A stretch of DNA of 64,000 nucleotides from Salpingoeca rosetta. Taxonomy: Eukaryota > Protista > Choanoflagellata. Below, piece by piece: positions 46,411 through 64,000 of the stretch. Numbering within the stretch: the first letter of the stretch is position 1; every line of letters starts with the position of its first letter. A model generated the notes under the pieces. The model did no database searches. It saw nothing but the letters and a program-made list of their open reading frames with translations, and was not told the DNA's origin. The stretch spans positions 1,737,665 through 1,801,664 of the forward strand of contig JAWQFM010000005.1 of assembly GCA_033442325.1 (NCBI GenBank), given 5' to 3'. The position numbers and the translations under genes were made by a program.

Positions 46411-48189
46411 ATGCCTTCCCAGCAACATCAGCGCCTCATCGCAGGCATCAAGTGCGCCTTTGATGCGCTCGACGTCTGTGTGCCCTCGAACGCCATCGAC
46501 AACATCGCCCACCTCGTCGTGACTTCAATGACGGGCCCACACCGCGTGTACCACGCCGTCGCACACGTCTTCGACGTCGCACCCAAGGACATCGCACAAG
46601 ACCCTGTGGCTTACCTCGCCGCCATCTTTCACGACGTCGTCTACCTGCAGCTGGACGGCGGCATTGCGCCCTTCTTCCTGCCCATCCTCCAGCGCGCACG
46701 CCTCCTGCCCGTGCCCCACGCCCACAACCTCCCCTTCACCACCAACGAGACCACAACAACAGCAGCAGCGGCGGCGCAGGCACAGGCCAGTGACAACTCC
46801 AGTGTGCAGGCCATTGTGTCATCTCCACAGCTAGTTGCGAGCTCGCCTGCTGGTGCGCTGCAGCGTGCATTTGCCCTGAGCAACCCCGCCGAGCTCGCCC
46901 TCATGGCAGGCGAGGTCATTAGCGAACACCAACACACAGACAACTTGGCGCTTCTCCCAGCGCAATCAGGCATGGCCAGGGCACGGAGCACCAGCAGCTT
47001 GGACAGCATGTGCTCTCGCGCAACTGCAACCACAACCACAACCACAACCACAACCACAAGCGACAACCAGGATGCGGACACGCTCGCACCAACGGACACG
47101 ATGAGCAGCGCCCTGCAGACAACACAGTCTTGGTGGAGCCAGGATGACAGCAGTGCCGATGTTGCAGCAATGCCTGCACGACGACGCACGGCTGCGCACC
47201 GCATCTGCTACAAGGTGTTTGGGCACGTGCCCGGCGAGACACTGCCGTTCGAGATTGGCGCGCAGGGGCTCAACGAGTTCCTGAGCTGCGTCGTTGCTGT
47301 GGACATGCTTGCGCCCTTCCTGGACGAGATGCAGCTGCTGCACCTGTGCGTGTGCATTGAGGCGACCATTCCCTTTCGCACTCAGCACAGCGTCGACATG
47401 CTGTACACCCGGTGCGTGGCCGTGGCAACAGAGGACCTGCTCCTTGCCCCTGCGCATGCTGCCTTGGCAGCGCGCCGCATGATGCACAGCGCGTGCCAGA
47501 TGGCCGCCCGCGACGTGGGCAACTTTGCGTATGCAGACACGCGCGGGTTCCTGGCCAACACGTGGAAGCTGCTGCCTGAGCTCAACCCCGCCCTGCGCGA
47601 CGCCAAGGCGATCGCCGTCCAGGATTGGATGGCGGCGTTGGCGGGCAACTGGGGCTTCTTCGACTTCCTGCAACACAACCCAGCGCTCATTTTCCCGCAC
47701 TTTGAGGGCTGCCGCACGCCAGAGCAACAGCAGCAGTTGGAGGAGCAGGCCGTGCGCAACCTGCAGCGAGGCCGCGCCTACCTTGGCGCACGCCTGCTCA
47801 GCGCCAGCATCGTGCACGCCTTGGCGGCCCAACAGGACACGCAAGCTGTGCAGCTCCTTGCACACGACAGCAGCGACAGCGATGCAGAAGAGCGCACGTT
47901 CGACTTTGAGGATGGGCGTGCAGGCTGTGTGGCATATGTGAAGGAGCTGTTGGGGGCTGGCTTTGATGAGGTGATGGGTGACTCCGTATGCGTTGCGCAG
48001 ACATCATGCAATGTGTCCCTGCGTGTGCTCGAGTGCCTGGAAGAGCTGCATGGAGGAGACAGCGCTGAGGCTGTGCTTGGTGGTTGCGTGAAGCAGTGCG
48101 TGGCGTTTCACAAGGGGGAGATGGATGCTTCTTCCTTTGTGCGTGGTCTGCCTCGGGCTGTTGTCAATGCTGTTTCCTTCTCGCCATGA
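46411..48189 (+). CDS. Intronless HD-superfamily metal-dependent phosphohydrolase-like protein (bacterial/algal-type family)
   Basis: 592-aa ORF with HRVYHAVAHVF, YLAAIFHDVVY, GLNEFLS, CIEATIPFR and AARDVGNF..FLANTWKLLPELN. Carries a ~150-aa Ala/Ser/Thr-rich insertion. Confidence 0.8.
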   Translation: MPSQQHQRLIAGIKCAFDALDVCVPSNAIDNIAHLVVTSMTGPHRVYHAVAHVFDVAPKDIAQDPVAYLAAIFHDVVYLQLDGGIAPFFLPILQRARLLPVPHAHNLPFTTNETTTTAAAAAQAQASDNSSVQAIVSSPQLVASSPAGALQRAFALSNPAELALMAGEVISEHQHTDNLALLPAQSGMARARSTSSLDSMCSRATATTTTTTTTTTSDNQDADTLAPTDTMSSALQTTQSWWSQDDSSADVAAMPARRRTAAHRICYKVFGHVPGETLPFEIGAQGLNEFLSCVVAVDMLAPFLDEMQLLHLCVCIEATIPFRTQHSVDMLYTRCVAVATEDLLLAPAHAALAARRMMHSACQMAARDVGNFAYADTRGFLANTWKLLPELNPALRDAKAIAVQDWMAALAGNWGFFDFLQHNPALIFPHFEGCRTPEQQQQLEEQAVRNLQRGRAYLGARLLSASIVHALAAQQDTQAVQLLAHDSSDSDAEERTFDFEDGRAGCVAYVKELLGAGFDEVMGDSVCVAQTSCNVSLRVLECLEELHGGDSAEAVLGGCVKQCVAFHKGEMDASSFVRGLPRAVVNAVSFSP

Positions 48190-48538
48190 CAGACACTAAA
48201 CTACACCCAAACAGAAGAACAAAAATGATCTCATGTTCACGCCAGCCTGTTCATGGTGGAGTGCAGTGGTGGATTGGGAGTGGGGGAGACACAGAGGCAG
48301 AGTGAGTGAGTGATGTGAGTGAGTCAAGCTCCTAGAAGCTCGGATGCTTGTCAAAGCGTGCTGGGTTGCCGTGAGGGGGTGTAGGCGGAAGGACGCAGGT
48401 GTGAAAATCTTTGAAAGGTTTGCGTGAAATGTCCACAACCACAACAACAAGCGCCCAAGCAACTGTGACAACAACGCACTGCTTTGCTTGCTTGTCCTGT
48501 GTGTTCGGTGGTGTGTGTGTGTGTGTGTGTTGAAAGCC

Positions 48539-59303
<10,765 letters not shown>

Positions 59304-59433
59304 CATGTGTGTGTGTTTGTGGAGAGAACACGTGCATGTTGTGTTGTGTGACATGTGTGCTTGTTTGAGGTTGCGACAGGCGACAGGTGAAAATAAACAA
59401 ACAACAGCGCAACAACACACGACAAAGGCAAGC

Positions 59434-59677
59434 ATGGCGTGGCAGTCTGTGGTGAATGCAGTGAAGCGGTCTGTGGCCGGTGCAGCCAAGAGGCTGATGG
59501 GCCCGCCAGACTTCAGTCGCTCGAAGCCCTTTGCACTGTTCCAGTTCCGCACGGCCAATGACCTCAAGCAGTGGGTGTGCACCTCGGATAAGAAGGCGTT
59601 TGGCGGCCACTCCACCGCCAAGTGAGTGCATGTGTGTGTGTGTGAGTGCATGTGTGTGTGTGTGTGTGTGTCTGTCA

Positions 59678-59726
<49 letters not shown>

Positions 59727-60342
59727 CGTGCGCGCGCTCGTGTGTGTCTGTCTGTCTGTGTGGCTTTTGATTTGCATACAAGGTGGTTCATGTGAGCTGC
59801 AGCTCATTGCAATCGTGATGCACATGTTGCAGGGTGGAGGTAATGCCGGAGGGATACGTGAGGTTCTCAGGCAACCTGTCCACGAAGCTCCCATCCAATG
59901 CAGACGTCGTACGCTCAGGCTTTTGCCTACTTCGCACACAACGACCAAAGGTGCGCATGTGTGCAAGGGTGTGCAGGGGTGTGCAGGGGTGCGTTGGTGC
60001 GTGCAGGTGTGGTTATGCCTCGCCGGTCTCTGGCCACGCTTTGTTCATCTTGCCACTTTGCCTCATTAACCCCCGCCCCTTCTTTCTCTCTCTTGCTCCC
60101 AATCCTCTTCCCACGACCCTAACTCCACCGACGCGCGTCTGCTCGCAGCCGAAGCTGTTCGGCGACACATACATCAAGCTTGGAACACACAACGCGATTG
60201 AGTTTGAGATCCGAGGGGACGGGCGCGCGTACATTGCAAACCTGCAGCCAGACACATACAGGGAAGAGGATCTGCATCAGGCCACCATTTACACACGCGG
60301 CGGGCCGCACTGGCAAACCGTACAGGTAGCGTTGTGTGTGTG

Positions 60343-60425
<83 letters not shown>

Positions 60426-60870
60426 TACTTCACAGCCACGACGGCCATCTGCTGCTGCTACTGCTACAACGGCTGCTACTGTTGCTGCTGCTACTGTTGT
60501 GACTGCTGTGACTGCTACGACTGCTGCATTTGCATCCACTCACCTGACTGCTCCTTTGCCTTCTCTCCTCACGGCCCCCCCCCACATTTTGCCGCCATCG
60601 CTACTGCCGCTACTGCTATGACAGATACCGCTGACAGAGTTCCTGCTGACGTATCGCGGGTATGTGCAGAACGAGCAGTCGATCATCAACGGGGACAAGA
60701 TCAAGACGCTTGGCATCCTACTCGCCGACGCACGCGACGGCCCGTTCCAGCTGGACATTCGAGAGATTCGCGCAGTGACCATGGTTGATGCCGACCCGCG
60801 CATGGACAGGACACGCGCGCGCATGAAGACGGAGTGGGCCCCGCACGGCACGGAGAATGGCAAGGATACA

Positions 60871-60905
<35 letters not shown>

Positions 60906-61023
60906 ACAGACACAGACACATGCGGGAGCAAACGCAGACTCATCCGACTCAGATTCAACCTCAGATTCAGCGCAGTCGCAACGCAGCGGCAGCGGTAGTG
61001 GTAGTGAGCCGCATAGGGGGTAA
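59434..61023 (+). CDS. NDUFAF1: Complex I intermediate-associated protein 30 (CIA30)
   Basis: WVCTSDKKAFGGHS, FSGNLST, RSGF, IRGDGRAYIANL, YTRGGPHWQ, IPLTEFLLTYRG, GILLADARDGPFQLDI. Basic amphipathic N-terminus resembles a mitochondrial presequence. 4 exons. Confidence 0.93.
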
Positions 61024-61537
61024 ACTGGTGACGCATTGCTAGCTAGCTGCTGTGCTCTGTGACCTGTATATATGTGTGCAAGGATGAGCGTGTGTGTTCT
61101 CAGTTCCCCTTGTGTGTGACTGTGTTCAGTTCAGACGTGGCCAAAACGCTTTTGTTTCATGGCTGCACACACACACACACATGTAAACGATTCAATGCTG
61201 AACGAATGTAGCAGCAGCACGCACGCACGTACGAGCGAGACAAGAAGCAAAGCAAGCAAGACACAAGAGGCTTTCACCCGAACAATGTGACGACTGCCAA
61301 ATGCCATCCATACACAGTCACCAGCACCCATGACAAGGGCTCGGAGACAGAAGCTGGGGGCGATGCCACGCAGATACAGGGCAAAGGCGGAAGGGAGAGG
61401 GGGGGGGGTGGATCAGGTAACAGCAACAGCAGCAGGCGGACGGGAAAGGAGAAGAAGAGCCAGCTGCGAAACAGACAAGGCGCGAGAGAAGACAGCAAAA
61501 GTGGTGAAACCACAACCGTAATGCATCATCGTCATCA

Positions 61538-62246
61538 TCACGTGTGACGAATGAGCTTTGCGGCCTCTGCCTGCGCCTGGTGATCGTCCTCGTTTGTTGC
61601 GGTCATATCCAAACACGCCTGCAGCCACCTGCAAGACACAAACGGCGACGTGTGGTGGGTGCTCAGCGCGTTAGCGTTCTTGGCGATTGTATGCACAGCA
61701 CGAGGGATCGGCACAAACCAAAACGACAAAGAATGAACACACACACACACACACACATGGACGCAGGCAGCAGTCATGCACTCACTTCCTTGCTTCGGCT
61801 TTGTTGTGCAGTCGCAGGTGGGTCTTCCCCAGGTACATTGCATTCTTCGTGTAGAAGCCGGGGTCCACTGCCAACAACCAAACACACACACACACACATA
61901 CACACATGCGTCGGGACATGAACAGCAGTAACACGTCGTGATGAAGAGTAAGCCACGCAGGATGAACGAGTGGATGTGAGCGGATGTACGAGGTATCGGT
62001 GACCACGCACACGTGTGCGTACGCACGAACATGCACACGCGCATACAGACACAAACTACTGACGCACGTTTTTCTGCCTGTTCAAAGTGCTGGAGAGCCT
62101 CCTCGTATGTGCTGGTTGGCGGAGTTGCAAACAGGGCGGCTGCCGCCTTGCGCTGGTACCTGTCGGATGCACAACACGACCGCGAGCATGGTGGTGTGCG
62201 GTTGACCAAACCTAACCAATCAACAAAAGGGCGATGTCAATGTCAT

Positions 62247-62288
<42 letters not shown>

Positions 62289-62744
62289 TACAGACAGGTA
62301 CACACACACGCACACACATGTACATGTAGTTGTCGCACAGTACAGTACAGCGGGATTACCAAGGCATATCAGCGAAGGTGAAACACCAGACACCGAGCAG
62401 ATGGCGTGAGGTCGCATCTTGGGGGTTCAGCTCACACGCACGTTCAAAGTGCGCCTGAAGGGCGGTCATGTTGTGTATTGTGGGGTGTGTGCACATGGGT
62501 GAGCGAATGTGTGTGTGTGTGTGTGCACGGAAGCAAAACACACACGCATAGGCGCACATTCGCTCACATTTACTCGCTCACTCGTGCATACTTCACACAA
62601 TACACCCTCCACACCGCACACACACACACACCTTGATCTTGTAAGCATCCAGCAGCTGTTGTTTCGAGCCAAGGTATTCACCGGTGGCATTGGTCATGAT
62701 TGCCACCCACTACACACACGAACACACACACGAACACACACAAA

Positions 62745-62798
<54 letters not shown>

Positions 62799-62799
62799 G

Positions 62800-62834
<35 letters not shown>

Positions 62835-64000
62835 ACACACACAAAACACACACACACACACACGAACACGAACACACACATACACACCAGTATCAAGCAG
62901 TGTCGGGGATTATGGTGAGTGACGCTGACATTAAGGAGAAGCACGCAAAAGCCGAAGCAGAAGCAATCAATCGTTTGATGCCTGCAGATACAACGGTGCA
63001 CTTTGGCTCGGGTGTTCTTCAGAACATGCAACAACGTGCTGGAGCCACAGCTCAACGTGACGACAACAGCGACAATGACATCTGACAACACGTCGACCTT
63101 GTGACTGCCAAACGAGCGGTCGTCCAACTCAACAGCCTCCTTGGCCGCTTCAAAGCCCTGCACAGATGCGCATGGCACGGACATGATCAAGTCGGGGAGG
63201 GGAAGCCACACTCATGTCATAGGCAAAGTGGCCTCGCATCATGAACCATTCATGGGTGCACGTGAACACGCGAGCGCACATGCACGTGTACACCAACACC
63301 AAGACGTGTATGCACGTTTGTGGGTGCAGATGCAAAGGTTTTGTGCAAGCAGCAAGCGCTCGCGCACCACCGCACCTCGAAGATGAGGCGCTTCTTCTCC
63401 TTCTTGTCCGACACCTCTGTGGAATAGTCACGACATGCGCGGGCATAGCGCCAGAGCACCTCTGCGTGGCGCTCGCCTCCATTCTTCAGGTAATCGCCAA
63501 CCATGTCGTAGATGGCCTTTGGGGAGGGGAGGGGGCCGCGGTGTCGCAAGTATACAGACAGCCCATGAGGGGTGTGATGGGGGTGGGTTGTCAAGTGCAA
63601 CATTTGCACGTATGTGCTCACACTCGTGATGTATGTGCTCACACTCGTGATGTATGCGCTCACACAAGTGATGTATGCGCTCACACTCGTGATGTATGCG
63701 CTCACACTCGTGATGCATGCGCTCACACTCGTGATGCATGCGCTCACACTCGTGATGCATGCGCTCACACTCGTGATGCATGCGCTCACACTCGTGATGC
63801 ATGCGCTCACACTCGTGATGCATGCGCTCACACACACTCACACACACAGACACACTCACACACACAGACACTCACACACACAGACACACACACACACACA
63901 CTCACTCACAAGCACACACTCACACACACTCACACACACTCACAAGCAAACAAGCAAACACACACACGCGCACCTTTGGGTTGCTGCCGTACATGTTTTC
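61538..64000 (-). CDS. RMDN1: Regulator of microtubule dynamics protein 1 (RMD1/FAM82B-like TPR protein), 5' end beyond the window
   Basis: EVLWRYARAC, AHFERACELNPQDATSRHLLGVWCFTFADMPWYQRKAAAALFATPPTSTYEEALQHF, PGFYTKNAMYLGK, NEDDHQAQAEA. Stop at 61538-61540. Confidence 0.92.
63610..63833. repeat. 21-bp minisatellite (~10.7 copies) in an RMDN1 intron
   Basis: Unit G[T/C]ATG[T/C]GCTCACACTCGTGAT, head-to-tail with no spacers. Confidence 0.95.

Noticed and set aside
46966-47865. 299-aa minus ORF (similarly 39816-40766 plus and 56247-57188 minus)
   Set aside because: Antisense shadows of well-supported coding exons.
63610-63833. CRISPR-like array or HHECERM peptide-repeat gene
   Set aside because: Units are head-to-tail with no spacers, no cas genes are present, and it lies in a eukaryotic intron.

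Overview
Eukaryotic, intron-dense, microsatellite-rich genomic DNA with two 100-N assembly gaps. The gene content (hedgling, H-NOX guanylate cyclase, KLC-type TPR gene) and the (GT)n/(CA)n/(CAA)n-filled introns suggest a choanoflagellate, probably Salpingoeca rosetta-like (inference). Most ORF-track entries are repeat or antisense artefacts, so genes were rebuilt by hand across GT-AG introns. Left to right: (-) the 5' part of a hedgling cadherin (signal peptide, saposin-B-like domain, furin-type KRERR site, three Cys-rich and two Ig-like modules, Hedgehog-N, vWA, cadherin); (+) H-NOX soluble guanylate cyclase; (-) DDX10/DBP4 head-to-head with (+) NOB1; (-) FAM151/menorin-like; (+) SLC44/CTL transporter; a ~16-kb accessory-looking block (two paralogous type-II mucin-like membrane proteins with an unrecognised Cys/EHH domain, an intronless CAAX-TPR protein, tRNA-Ser(AGA), a Sec1/Vps33-like fragment, an orphan ORF and an intronless bacterial-type HD-domain gene); (+) MON2; (+) NDUFAF1; (-) the 3' part of RMDN1. 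The most interesting items are the hedgling's putative cleavable saposin prodomain and degenerate Hh zinc site, the Cys/EHH mucin pair, the 5'-(GT)n...(CA)n-3' intron polarity, and the HD-domain HGT candidate. All family assignments come from motif recognition and remembered alignments, not database searches.
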